A stretch of 45,539 bases of DNA from Sphingomonas sp. (GCA_035707945.1 DASSTK010000262.1:1-45539), one strand, 5' to 3'; positions 29,540 through 38,818 are shown, numbered from the stretch's first letter. The notes: generated by a model not told the origin, from the letters alone. Numbers and translations are program-made.

Positions 29540-30889
29540 TCAGAACAGGTCGAGAATGGATTGCATGGTGTCCTTGGAAGCCTGGATCACCTTGGCCGAG
29601 GCGTTGTAGGCCTGCTGGTAGCGCAGGAGCTGGGCGGCCTCGTTATCGAGATCGACGCCGGTGACGGCGGCGAGCGAGGAAGCGGTCGCGTCCTTCTGCG
29701 CCGAGGCTGCCGAGCTTTCCGCCTTGGCCCCCGAGACGAGCTGGCCCTGCCGCGTCACCATCGTCGCCCAGCCCTGCTCGACGCCGTTCGCGCCGCGCAG
29801 GGAGGGAAGATCGAGCAGATTGGCGTTGGCCGCGCCGCCCGCCTTGCCGGCGGCGATCGCGACGGTATCGCTGGTGGCGAGGGTGAGCGAGGCGGCGCTG
29901 TTCCCCGAAAGCAGCGGCTGACCGGCCGCTCCGTTGGCGTCCACGCCCGCCGCCTGCCAGGCGTTGACCGCCTGGGCGAAATTGGCGGCGAGGCGATCGA
30001 GCGCGGCGCGCTGATCGGCGACGAGGGCGGAGGAGGCGGCGAGCCCGCCGAGTGCGCCGCCCGGCGCGGTGATCGTCGTCGCCTTGCCGTTGCCGATCGC
30101 CTGGATGGTGAGTCGTCCGTCGCCGCTGCTGACGACGGCGAGGCGCGCCCCGCCGGTCATGCCGACGCCGCCCGAAAGCGCGGTGCCGTCCGACAGGCGG
30201 AGGGTCGCGCTGCCGTCTCCGGCGAGGCTGACGCCGACATTCACATTGGCGGCGATCGAATCGATGATCGCATCCCGCTGATCGAGCAACTGGGCCTGCG
30301 AGGAGGTGCCGGGCTGCTGGGTGCGCAGCGCCTGGTTGACCTGATCGAGCGCGGCGAGCGCGGCGTTGACCTGATCCACCTTGGTCTGCGCCTGCGCCGT
30401 GATTCCCTCCGTCACCTTTGCGAGCGCGCCGGCGGTGGTGCGGAAGGCGGCGGCGGTCTGGTCGAGCGACTGGAGCAAGGCTTGCCGGCCGCCGGTATTG
30501 CCCGGATCGGAGGCGAGCGAACTGCCCGCGCCGAAAAAGGCGGTGGCGCTCTGGCCGACGCCGGTGGCGTCGTCGTTCATCGCGTTCTCGGCATTGGCGA
30601 GCCAGGTGGCGCGCGCATCGGCGCTGCCGGACGCGCTGGAGGCGTCGCGCGCGGCGGCGGCCTTGTAATCGTCCCAGGCGCGTACGATCCCGGTCGCCGC
30701 CACGCCGCCGAACTCATTGTGGTTGGTGTAGAGAAGCTGGGAGGAATCGGCCGTCTTCGCCTCCTCCAGCGTCACCGTGCGTCGGGTGTAGCCGGGCGTA
30801 TCGGCGTTGGAGACGTTGTTGGCGATCGCGGAGAGCGCGGTCTGATAGGCCCGCACCCCGGAGACGCCGATGCCGATCATGTCCGTCAT
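29540..30889 (-). CDS. flgK: Hook-associated protein 1
   Basis: NNVSNADTPGYTR, GVDLDNEAAQLLRYQQAYNASAKVI. Confidence 0.93.
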   Translation of the reverse strand: MTDMIGIGVSGVRAYQTALSAIANNVSNADTPGYTRRTVTLEEAKTADSSQLLYTNHNEFGGVAATGIVRAWDDYKAAAARDASSASGSADARATWLANAENAMNDDATGVGQSATAFFGAGSSLASDPGNTGGRQALLQSLDQTAAAFRTTAGALAKVTEGITAQAQTKVDQVNAALAALDQVNQALRTQQPGTSSQAQLLDQRDAIIDSIAANVNVGVSLAGDGSATLRLSDGTALSGGVGMTGGARLAVVSSGDGRLTIQAIGNGKATTITAPGGALGGLAASSALVADQRAALDRLAANFAQAVNAWQAAGVDANGAAGQPLLSGNSAASLTLATSDTVAIAAGKAGGAANANLLDLPSLRGANGVEQGWATMVTRQGQLVSGAKAESSAASAQKDATASSLAAVTGVDLDNEAAQLLRYQQAYNASAKVIQASKDTMQSILDLF

Positions 30890-31236
30890 GGCGCGGGCCT
30901 CACGGTGGGAGCGGCGGGCTTGGCGTCGGCGGGCAGGGTGGTCCCGTCATGGCGCGCGGCGACGGGCGCGAGCTGCTGTTCGAGCAGCCCGGCGATGCCG
31001 AGCACGCCCTTTCCCGCCATCGCATCCGCCGTTTTGGCGTCGGCGAGATCGCGGAAGGTGTCGGAGGCCTCGCTGTCGAACATGCCGTCGCCCAGCCCGT
31101 CCTGCCGCATGGAGGAGATCATCTGGCGGAGGAACACCGCCTCGAACGCCTGAGCGGCCGATTTGAGCTTCTTCTGGTCCGCCGTAGCCCTGGCGTCGCC
31201 GGTGAGCACGGAACTGCTGGTGAGAGACTGGATCAT
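30886..31236 (-). CDS. flgJ: Rod-binding FlgJ, single domain (116 aa)
   Basis: LKSAAQAFEAVFLRQMISSMR; ATGA overlaps with flgI and flgK. Confidence 0.88.
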   Translation of the reverse strand: MIQSLTSSSVLTGDARATADQKKLKSAAQAFEAVFLRQMISSMRQDGLGDGMFDSEASDTFRDLADAKTADAMAGKGVLGIAGLLEQQLAPVAARHDGTTLPADAKPAAPTVRPAP

Positions 31237-32327
31237 AGCACGATCAAATCCGCTTGCATGGCGCCCGCCTGCTTGAGCGCTTCGAGGATGGCGACGAGAT
31301 CGGCGGGCGTCGCCCCGATCGCGTTCACCGCTTTCACGATATCGGCGAGGCTGGCGCCGCCGCCCATCTCGAACATCGGCGAGCCTTTCTCCTCCACCGA
31401 GATCGCGCTGTTGGGCACGATCGCCGTCTGCCCGCGCGAGAAGGGCGCGGGTTGGGAGACCTGGGGCTTCTCGTCCACCTTGACGGTGAGCTTGCCGTGG
31501 CTGACCGCCGCCGGCGCGATCCGGACCGCGCCGTTGATGACCACCGTGCCGGTGCGCGCATTGACCACCACGCGGGCCGGGGCCTGGGCGGGGATCACGG
31601 TCAAATCCTCGAGCTTCGCCATCAGCGCGGTGCGGGCGACGGCGCCCGGAGGCGCGTCGATCGCCACCGTCTCGGCGTCGATGGCGCGCGCGTGCGGGCC
31701 GATCGCGGCGTTGATCGCGTCGGCGACGCGCTGCACCGTGGTGAGATCGGGGGCGGAGAGGTTGAAGTTGAGCGTCGGCGCGCTCTCGAAGCCGGAATCG
31801 ACCGTCCGCTCGACCGTCGCCCCGTCCGGGATTCGGCCGGCGGTGGGGACGTTGACCACCACGTTCGATCCGTCCTGCGCGGAGACCCCGAGGCCGCCGA
31901 CCGCCAGGTTGCCCTGCGCCATCGCGTAGATCTGGCCGTCCGCGCCGATCAGCGGCGTCATCAGCAGCGTGCCGCCGCGCAGGCTCTTGGCCTTGCCGAG
32001 CGCGGAGACGGTGATGTCCAGCTCCTGCCCCGGCTTGGCGAAGGCGGGGAGATCGGCGGTGACGATCACCGCGGCCGCGTTCTTGGTCGCCGGGTTGACG
32101 CCGGGCGGGATCTGGAGGCCGAAGCGCGAGGCGACGCCCTTCATCGCCTGGGTCGCGTATTCGAGGCTGTCGTCGCCGGTGCCGGCCAGGCCCACGACGA
32201 TGCCGTAGCCGGTGAGCTGGTTGGTGCGCAGCCCCTGCCACTGGCCGAGATCCTTGATCCGGTCTGCATGGGCGGGGGCCGCGGCGAGCCCGACGGCGGC
32301 GAGGATGAGGAGCAGGATGCGCTTCAC
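31233..32327 (-). CDS. flgI: Flagellar P-ring protein
   Basis: RIKDL, NQLTGYGIVVGLAGTGD, SLRGGTLL, ARTGTVV. Confidence 0.96.
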   Translation of the reverse strand: MKRILLLILAAVGLAAAPAHADRIKDLGQWQGLRTNQLTGYGIVVGLAGTGDDSLEYATQAMKGVASRFGLQIPPGVNPATKNAAAVIVTADLPAFAKPGQELDITVSALGKAKSLRGGTLLMTPLIGADGQIYAMAQGNLAVGGLGVSAQDGSNVVVNVPTAGRIPDGATVERTVDSGFESAPTLNFNLSAPDLTTVQRVADAINAAIGPHARAIDAETVAIDAPPGAVARTALMAKLEDLTVIPAQAPARVVVNARTGTVVINGAVRIAPAAVSHGKLTVKVDEKPQVSQPAPFSRGQTAIVPNSAISVEEKGSPMFEMGGGASLADIVKAVNAIGATPADLVAILEALKQAGAMQADLIVL

Positions 32328-32339
32328 GGGAGCGGTTCC

Positions 32340-33029
32340 TCAGAAGGGGCTGATGCGCGAGAAGAAGCGGCCGAGCCAGCCTTGCTTGTTGGCCCGCGCG
32401 ATCTCGCCCTTGCCGGTGTAGGTGATGACGGCGTTGGCGACCCGGGTGGAAAGGATGCTGTTGTCCGCCTGGATGTCCGCGGCGCGGATCAGACCGGAAA
32501 TCTGGATCGTCTCCTCGCCCCGGCTCAGCGTGAGCTGCTTCTCGCCGCGGATCTCGAAGGTGCCGTTGGGATAGACCTTGGAGATGGTGACGGTGAGCGC
32601 GCCGGTGAGCTGGTTCGATTGCTCGGCCGCGCCCGCGCCCTTGAAGCCGTCGGTGCTGCCCATCTGGGTGTCGCTTGAGCTGATGAAGGAGAGCGGGCCG
32701 GTGGTGGGCATGCTGAAGCCCAGGCTGCCGTTGCGGGCGGTGGAGGCCGAATTGGTCTTCTGCGCCTGCGTCTTCTCGACCAGCACGATGGTGATGAGAT
32801 CGCCGACCTGCGCCGGGCGCGCGCCCGAGGTGAGCGGCGCATAGCCCATCGAAGCCTGGAAGATCGCGCCGTTGGCGGGCGGCGGCGGCGGCGGCGCGGG
32901 GAGCGCCGGCGCATAGCTCGGCGCGTCGTCGTTATCGTGGTGATGACGCGCCTGGGCGGGCTGCGCGGCGAGGAGCAGCGCGAGCACGCCGGCGGCGGCG
33001 ATCGCGGAGGGGCGGGAAGGGTGCTTCAC
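32340..33029 (-). CDS. flgH: Flagellar L-ring protein
   Basis: VGDLITIVLVE, PNG..IRGEK, G.IR..DI..DN, GWLGRFF…SPF. Confidence 0.93.
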   Translation of the reverse strand: MKHPSRPSAIAAAGVLALLLAAQPAQARHHHDNDDAPSYAPALPAPPPPPPANGAIFQASMGYAPLTSGARPAQVGDLITIVLVEKTQAQKTNSASTARNGSLGFSMPTTGPLSFISSSDTQMGSTDGFKGAGAAEQSNQLTGALTVTISKVYPNGTFEIRGEKQLTLSRGEETIQISGLIRAADIQADNSILSTRVANAVITYTGKGEIARANKQGWLGRFFSRISPF

Positions 33030-33043
33030 TGTTCTCGATCCCC

Positions 33044-33832
33044 TCAGGTGTTCTGATTGGCGAACTGGAGCATCTCGTCCGTCGCCTTGATCATCTTGGA
33101 ATTGACCTCGTAGGCGCGCTGCGTCTCGATCATGTCGACCAGCTCCTGCACCACGTCGACGTTCGAGGCTTCGAGCGAGCCCTGCACCAGCGTGCCGCGC
33201 CCGTCCGTGCCCGCATCGCCGAGCTGCGGCGTGCCGGAAGCCTGCGTCTCGGTCAGCAGGTTGCCGCCGATCGCCTGGAGGCCGGTGGGGTTGACGAAGC
33301 TCGCGAGCTGGATCTTGCCGAGCTGGGTGGCTTCGGTGGCTCCCGCCGTCGTCGCCGAGACGGTGCCGTCCGCGCCGATGGTGATGTTGGTCGCCCCGTC
33401 CGGGATCTGGATGTTGGGGATGAGCGGGCGGCCGTCCTGCGTCACGATCTGCCCTTCGGCGGAGACGCTGAAGCTGCCGTCGCGGGTGTAGGCGATGGTG
33501 CCGTCCGGCTGCTGGACCTGGAAGAAGCCGTTGCCCTGGATGGCGAGATCGAGCGCGTTGCCGGTCTGGGTGATCGAACCCTGCGTGTCGGTGCGCGAGG
33601 TGCCCGTCATCTTCACGCCGGAGCCGAGCTCGAGCCCCTGGGTGTATTTGTCGTCGCCGGCCGAGGTCGCGCCCGGCTGGGTGATCGCCTGATAGGCGAG
33701 CGTCTCGAAATTGGCGCGGTCCCGCTTGAAGCCGGTGGTGTTCACGTTCGCGATATTGTTCGCGATCACGCGCATCCGGTCCTGCTGGGCGTCGAGCCCG
33801 GTGCGGGCGACGTGGAGGGCGGCGTTGGTCAT
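33044..33832 (-). CDS. flgG: Distal rod protein
   Basis: IANNIANVNTTGFK, DLAIQGNGFF, LEASNVDVVQELVDMIETQRAYE. Confidence 0.95.
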   Translation of the reverse strand: MTNAALHVARTGLDAQQDRMRVIANNIANVNTTGFKRDRANFETLAYQAITQPGATSAGDDKYTQGLELGSGVKMTGTSRTDTQGSITQTGNALDLAIQGNGFFQVQQPDGTIAYTRDGSFSVSAEGQIVTQDGRPLIPNIQIPDGATNITIGADGTVSATTAGATEATQLGKIQLASFVNPTGLQAIGGNLLTETQASGTPQLGDAGTDGRGTLVQGSLEASNVDVVQELVDMIETQRAYEVNSKMIKATDEMLQFANQNT

Positions 33833-33857
33833 CGGACGATCCCTTCGATCCTTGCGA

Positions 33858-34610
33858 TCAGTTGTCGGAGATGTTCATCAACTGGGTGGTGGCGCTGTCC
33901 ATGTCCTTGGCGCCGTTCAGCATCTTGACCTGGGTTTCCCACGCGCGGGCGGCCTCGATCATGGCGGTGAGCGCCTCCGTCACGTTGACGTTCGATCCTT
34001 CGAGCGCGCCCGAGGTGACGCGGGCGTTGGGATCGGAAGGCAGCGTGCCGCCGCCGGCGACGTGGAACAGCCCGTCCTCGCCCTTGGCGATCTGCGATCC
34101 CGTCGCCGAGACGAGCTTCAGATGGCCGACCTGCACCGGATTGGCGGGATCGCCGCCCTGCGGCACGATCCAGATCACGCCGGTCTTGTCGATCGTCACC
34201 TTGTCGGCGGGGGGAAGGGTGATCGGGCCGCTGTCTCCCAGCACCGGATAGCCGTCGCCGGTGGTGAGCAGGCCGCTGTCGGTGAGCTGCAGATCGCCGC
34301 GCCGCGTATAGCCTTCGCCGCCGTCCTGGGCCTGCACGCCGAGCAGCGCGTCCCCGTCCATCGCCACATCGAGATCGCGCCCGGTGGCGACATCCGCCGC
34401 CCCCTTCATATCGGAGGTGGTGTTGACGGCGGATGCGTCGGCCCGGGCGCTGATCGCGTCGTTGCCCGAGCCGAGATAGACGGCCTGGGTGCTCGCGAGA
34501 TCGCCGCGAAAGCCGGTGGTGTTGGCGTTGGCGAGATTGTTCGCCGTCACCGCCTGCCGCTGCATCAGCGACCGCATCGCCGAGAGGGAGGTATATACCA
34601 GCCGGTCCAT
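33858..34610 (-). CDS. flgF: Proximal rod protein
   Basis: MDRLVYT, ANNLANANTTGF, LEGSNVN; position in operon. Confidence 0.93.
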   Translation of the reverse strand: MDRLVYTSLSAMRSLMQRQAVTANNLANANTTGFRGDLASTQAVYLGSGNDAISARADASAVNTTSDMKGAADVATGRDLDVAMDGDALLGVQAQDGGEGYTRRGDLQLTDSGLLTTGDGYPVLGDSGPITLPPADKVTIDKTGVIWIVPQGGDPANPVQVGHLKLVSATGSQIAKGEDGLFHVAGGGTLPSDPNARVTSGALEGSNVNVTEALTAMIEAARAWETQVKMLNGAKDMDSATTQLMNISDN

Positions 34611-34639
34611 CGTTCAGCGTCCTCGCGTCACCCGTTCGA

Positions 34640-35941
34640 TCACTGCAGGTTGATGATCGAGGAGAGCATCTGCTTGTCGGTGTCGATCGCCTTGGCGTTC
34701 GCCTGGAAATTGCGCTGCGCCGAGATGAGGTTGACGAGCTGGGCCGTCAGATCGACGTTGGACATTTCGAGCGCGCCCGATTGCACGCCGCCGCGCCCGT
34801 CCGTGGCGGCCGCCTCGATCTGCGGATTGCCGCTCGCGCCCGTCGCCGTCCAGGTGGTGCTGCCGTTCTGGTGCAGCCCGGTGGGATTGGCGAAGGTGGC
34901 GATCGCGACCTTGCCGAGCGCGACGGTGGCGCCGTTGGTGTAGCTCGCGGTCACAAGGCCGTCTGTGCCGACGGTCATGTTGTTGAGCTTGCCGGTGGTC
35001 TGGCCGTCCTGGTTGGAGGTCACGGTGTCGAAGGCGTAGGCGCCCTGCTTGGTGGCCGCGCCGTAATCGACGCCGAGCGTCAGCGGGGCGACCGCGCCGG
35101 TCGGCTGCACGGCGGCGTAGGAGACGGCCGAGGAGGGCGAGGTCAGCACGCCGTTATTGTCGAAGGTGAGGCTGAGCGGGGTCGATCCGCCGTTCGGGAA
35201 CACCTCCTTGTCGCCCACGATCATATGGGCGTCCCAGGTGCTCGTCGTGGTGCTGCCGTCCGCGGCGGGCGCGGAGGTGCGGACATAATAGATGGTCGCC
35301 GGGATGGCGTTGCCCGCGGAATCATACACCGTCGTCGAGGTGGCGTTGTTGTAGCTGTTCGGATCGCTCGGGCTGAAGGCGTAGGGCGTCGTCGCCGAAT
35401 AGGCCGAACGGCTCGCCGGCAGATCGGCGTCGGTGGGGAAGGTGAGCGAAAGCGCGATCGCGCTCGTCGCCTTGGGCAATCCGTTGGTCGCCGGGATATG
35501 CAGCGTCTGCATCGCCGCGAGGCCGGAGCCGGTGACGTTGCCGAGCGGATCGACGGGGAGCACCTGGAGGGTGTTGCCCATCGAATCGACGACGTTGTTG
35601 TTCTTGTCGACCGAGAAGCTGCCGTTGCGGGTGAAGCTCACCTGCGCGCCGGTGCCGGACGCCTTGGTCACGAAGAAGCCTTCGCCGGACACCAGCATGT
35701 CGAGCGCGCGATCGGTCGTCTCGGTCGAGCCCTGCGAGAACTCCTGGCTGACCGCCTTGAGCTGGGTGCCCTGGCCGATCACCGACCCCTGCGCCTGCAT
35801 GGCGGAGGAGGCGATGATGTCGCCGAAATCGGCGCGGCTCTGCTTGAAGCCGACGGTGCCCGAGTTGGCGATGTTGTTCGCGGTGACGTTGAGGTTGGTC
35901 TGCGCGGCGTTGAGGCCGGAAAGCGAGGTGTAGAAGGACAT
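34640..35941 (-). CDS. flgE: Hook protein
   Basis: MSFYTSLSGL, NNIAN..T.GFK, LEMSNVDL…QRNFQANAK. Confidence 0.95.
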   Translation of the reverse strand: MSFYTSLSGLNAAQTNLNVTANNIANSGTVGFKQSRADFGDIIASSAMQAQGSVIGQGTQLKAVSQEFSQGSTETTDRALDMLVSGEGFFVTKASGTGAQVSFTRNGSFSVDKNNNVVDSMGNTLQVLPVDPLGNVTGSGLAAMQTLHIPATNGLPKATSAIALSLTFPTDADLPASRSAYSATTPYAFSPSDPNSYNNATSTTVYDSAGNAIPATIYYVRTSAPAADGSTTTSTWDAHMIVGDKEVFPNGGSTPLSLTFDNNGVLTSPSSAVSYAAVQPTGAVAPLTLGVDYGAATKQGAYAFDTVTSNQDGQTTGKLNNMTVGTDGLVTASYTNGATVALGKVAIATFANPTGLHQNGSTTWTATGASGNPQIEAAATDGRGGVQSGALEMSNVDLTAQLVNLISAQRNFQANAKAIDTDKQMLSSIINLQ

Positions 35942-35966
35942 GGTGGGTCTCCTTGGAACGGAGGGA

Positions 35967-36650
35967 TCAGGACAGGCTCAGCACGTCGGTGGGGGCGACC
36001 GCGCCGAGGGTGGTGGAGAGCTGGGCCGAGCTGCCGCCGGCGGGCGACTGCACGCCGGTGATGGTCGCCCAGGTGGCGGTGGTGAGATTGATCGTGCCCG
36101 AAACGCCGGCGGCCGAGACGACCACCCTGAGCGGGCCGGTGACGGTGGTGCCGTCCGCCTTCTTGCCATTCCAGCCGAAATTGACCGGGCCGGCCTTCTG
36201 ATTGTCGAACGTCTGGCTGTAAACGGTCGCGCCTGTCGCATCGACCAGGCTCAGATTCACCCGCGAGGCGTCGCTGGGCAACGTGATCTGCCCGGCATAG
36301 CCGCCGTTCGCGAGCGGCATGGCGACATTGCCGTTGAGCAGCGCCGCCTTGCCGATCCAGCTCGCCGCATCGCCGATGCGGTTGCCGGTGATCTCGGACA
36401 GCAGCGATTTCAGCGACGTGTTCATCTCGGTGATGCCCGAGACGGTCGACATCTGCGAAAGCTGCGAGACCATCTGGTTGGAATCCATCGGCTGGGTCGG
36501 ATCCTGCTGCGTCATCTGTGCGGTGAGCAGCTTGAGGAAGCCGGCCTCGTCGATGGTGTTCGAGCCCGTGGTCCTGGTCTGCGACGTCGCGCCCGAGGCG
36601 CTCGTCGAACGCAGGCTGTCGAGATAGGACATGCTGGTGTCGATGGTCAT
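35967..36650 (-). CDS. flgD: Hook capping protein
   Basis: FLKLLTAQMTQQDPTQPMD. Confidence 0.93.
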   Translation of the reverse strand: MTIDTSMSYLDSLRSTSASGATSQTRTTGSNTIDEAGFLKLLTAQMTQQDPTQPMDSNQMVSQLSQMSTVSGITEMNTSLKSLLSEITGNRIGDAASWIGKAALLNGNVAMPLANGGYAGQITLPSDASRVNLSLVDATGATVYSQTFDNQKAGPVNFGWNGKKADGTTVTGPLRVVVSAAGVSGTINLTTATWATITGVQSPAGGSSAQLSTTLGAVAPTDVLSLS

Positions 36651-37051
36651 TTGCCGAGCCTCAGAGTGTCGAGAGTGAGGGTCTTGGCGGTCTGCAAGAC
36701 CTGGACGTTGTTCTGGTACTGGCGCTGCGTCTCGATCATATCGACGAGCTCGGCGGCGCTATCGACGCCGGCGTCCCACACGTCGCCATTCTTGTCGGCG
36801 AGCGGGTTGGTGGGATCGTGGCGCCTGACCGGCTGCGTATTGGACTGGACGACCTGATCGACGCGCACGGTGGCGACGCCGGGCCGGTCCGAAACCTCGG
36901 AGAAGACGGGCTTCAGCGCGCGATAGGCGCCCGCCTCGGTGGTCGAGACCGAATTGGCGTTGGCCAGGTTCGAGGCGACGGTGTTCAACCGGACGATCTG
37001 CGCGGACATCGCGCGGCCGGCGATGTCGAACACGGACATGGGCGCGCTCAT
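36647..37051 (-). CDS. flgC: Basal body rod protein
   Basis: RLNTVASNLANA, HDPTNPLAD, ELVDMIETQRQYQNN. Confidence 0.94.
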   Translation of the reverse strand: MSAPMSVFDIAGRAMSAQIVRLNTVASNLANANSVSTTEAGAYRALKPVFSEVSDRPGVATVRVDQVVQSNTQPVRRHDPTNPLADKNGDVWDAGVDSAAELVDMIETQRQYQNNVQVLQTAKTLTLDTLRLGK

Positions 37052-37054
37052 GGC

Positions 37055-37411
37055 TTATTCCCCCTTGATCGCCTGCATCACCGTGTCGACACGGCCCTGC
37101 AGGAAGGCGAGCGTGGTCTTGTAGGCGATGGCGTTCTCGGCGAACTCGGTCTGCTCGACCGGAAGCTCCACGGTGTTGCCGTCGAGCGAGCTCTGCACCG
37201 GCACGCGATAGAGGACATTGTCCGAAACCGCCTGGGAGACGCCGCCGGCCTGGCCCGAGGTCGCATCCTTGAGCGCGGCGGCGAAATCGATGTCGCGCGC
37301 CTTGTAGCCCGGCGTGGCGGCGTTCGCGATGTTGGACGCGAGCATCGCCATCCGCTGCGAGCGCAGCTTCAGCGCCGCGCCGTGGATTCCGAAGAGCGCA
37401 CTATCCGCCAT
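37055..37411 (-). CDS. flgB: Basal body rod protein
   Basis: LASNIANAATPGYKARDIDF, SLDGNTV; start set at ATG 37411. Confidence 0.94.
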   Translation of the reverse strand: MADSALFGIHGAALKLRSQRMAMLASNIANAATPGYKARDIDFAAALKDATSGQAGGVSQAVSDNVLYRVPVQSSLDGNTVELPVEQTEFAENAIAYKTTLAFLQGRVDTVMQAIKGE

Positions 37412-37436
37412 TTCCAATCTCCGCCTGTCGGCTCCC

Positions 37437-37463
37437 TAAAGTTTCGCCCGCCGCTGCCGTAAT
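37437..37463 (+). promoter_or_regulatory. Sigma28 (FliA)-type promoter directed at the second stator genes
   Basis: TAAAGTTT-N11-GCCGTAAT versus consensus TAAAGTTT-N11-GCCGATAA. Confidence 0.7.
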
Positions 37464-37494
37464 CGGCTGTGGTGGGGCCGGTCGCGGATATTCC

Positions 37495-37510
37495 TGCAAT
37501 GGGCGTGCCA
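37495..37510 (-). promoter_or_regulatory. Sigma54 promoter of the flgB operon
   Basis: TGGCACG-ccca-TTGCA on the minus strand. Confidence 0.85.
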
Positions 37511-37560
37511 ATTGCGCGTTCGGGGCGGGAAGCCGTCAATTTCCGGTGTTTTCGGCGGAA

Positions 37561-37598
37561 CCGGCAAAGGCTTGCCGGGGGGCGGCAGGATTTTGCCG
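37561..37598. promoter_or_regulatory. Candidate sigma54 activator binding sites
   Basis: CCGGCAA-aggc-TTGCCGG and CGGCAG-gatt-TTGCCG. Confidence 0.5.
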
Positions 37599-37629
37599 GC
37601 CCTTTGCCGGGCAGGATCGGGAGAGCTTG

Positions 37630-38310
37630 GTGAAGGGCGGCGTGTTTCTCGATCCCCTCGCGATCCTGCTGGTGTTCGGCGGCGCGATCGCGGCGGCGGC
37701 GCTGCGCTCCACCACCTGCGATCTCGCCCGCGCCTTCGCGGCGCTCAAGCCCCTCCTGTTCATGCGCGCCGAGGCCGAGGCCCAAGCCGCGCGCGTCGCC
37801 GTCAACCGCATCGCCGAGCGCACCCACGCCACCGGCCTCGCCACCGCCGATCGCGCGCCCGTGATCGAGCGCTTCCTCGCCCACGCCGCCGCGCGGCTCG
37901 CCGACACCGCCGATCCCGCCCGCTTCGCCGCCTGGGCCGAGGCCGAGCTCGCCGCCCGCGCGGAGCGGCACGCCGCCGTCCAGGGCGTATGGCGCGCCGC
38001 CGCCGACGCCGCGCCGGCGATGGGCATGATCGGCACCGTCATCGGCCTGATCCGCATGTTCGCGACGATGGACGATCCCTCCGCGATCGGCCCCGGCATG
38101 GCGCTGGCGCTCACCACCACGCTCTACGGAATCGCGGCCGCCAACCTGCTGTTCGGCCCCATTGCCGGGCGGCTGGAGCGACTGAGCCGGATCGAGCTTC
38201 TGTGGCAGCGGGACGCGCTCGATCGGCTGGCCGCCATCGCGCGCGAGGAGCTGCGCGGGCCGATCGCGGAACGCGCCGAGCGCATTGCGGCGCGGCTGCG
38301 GGCGGCATGA
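37630..38310 (+). CDS. Second MotA/PomA-like stator subunit (MotA/TolQ/ExbB family), divergent
   Basis: APAMGMIGTVIGLIRM…IGPGMALALTTTLYG; GTG start with GGGAG RBS. Confidence 0.85.
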   Translation: MKGGVFLDPLAILLVFGGAIAAAALRSTTCDLARAFAALKPLLFMRAEAEAQAARVAVNRIAERTHATGLATADRAPVIERFLAHAAARLADTADPARFAAWAEAELAARAERHAAVQGVWRAAADAAPAMGMIGTVIGLIRMFATMDDPSAIGPGMALALTTTLYGIAAANLLFGPIAGRLERLSRIELLWQRDALDRLAAIAREELRGPIAERAERIAARLRAA

Positions 38311-38804
38311 TCCCGATCCCCGCCCAGCCGCCGCGCGCCGCCCCCCGCTGGGCGCTGAGCTTCGCCGATCTCTGCCTGGTGCTGCTCGCCTTCCTGCTGC
38401 TGCTTCAGGCGCATCGCGCCGATCCGGGGGCGGTGGGGGCGGGATTGCGCGCGACCTTCGGCGGCGGCCCCGCGCCCCGCATGATCGAGGAGCGCGCCGC
38501 GCCGCTGTTCGCCCCCGGCGAGGCGATCCTGAACCCGGCGGCGCGCGCGCGCTTCGGCCGGATCGGGGTGGAAGCCGCGCGCACGCACGCGCGGGTGCGG
38601 ATCGAAAGCCGCGGCAGCGACGGCGCGGCGCGGCGCTTCGACGCCTGGGAGCTGGCCGCCGCCCGCGCCGCCGCCATCGCGCGCGCGGTGGAGCAGGGCG
38701 GCCTCGATCCCGCCCGCATCGACATCGCCCTCGATGCGAGCGGCCCGGCCGAGGGCGGCAAGGGCCAGCGGGTGCGGCTCATATCGCTGCCTGTGAAGGG
38801 CTGA
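38307..38804 (+). CDS. Second MotB-like subunit, short (165 aa)
   Basis: RWALSFADLCLVLLAF TM motif, WELAAARA; ATGA overlap. Confidence 0.82.
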   Translation: MIPIPAQPPRAAPRWALSFADLCLVLLAFLLLLQAHRADPGAVGAGLRATFGGGPAPRMIEERAAPLFAPGEAILNPAARARFGRIGVEAARTHARVRIESRGSDGAARRFDAWELAAARAAAIARAVEQGGLDPARIDIALDASGPAEGGKGQRVRLISLPVKG

Positions 38805-38818
38805 CCGGCCTCCATACT

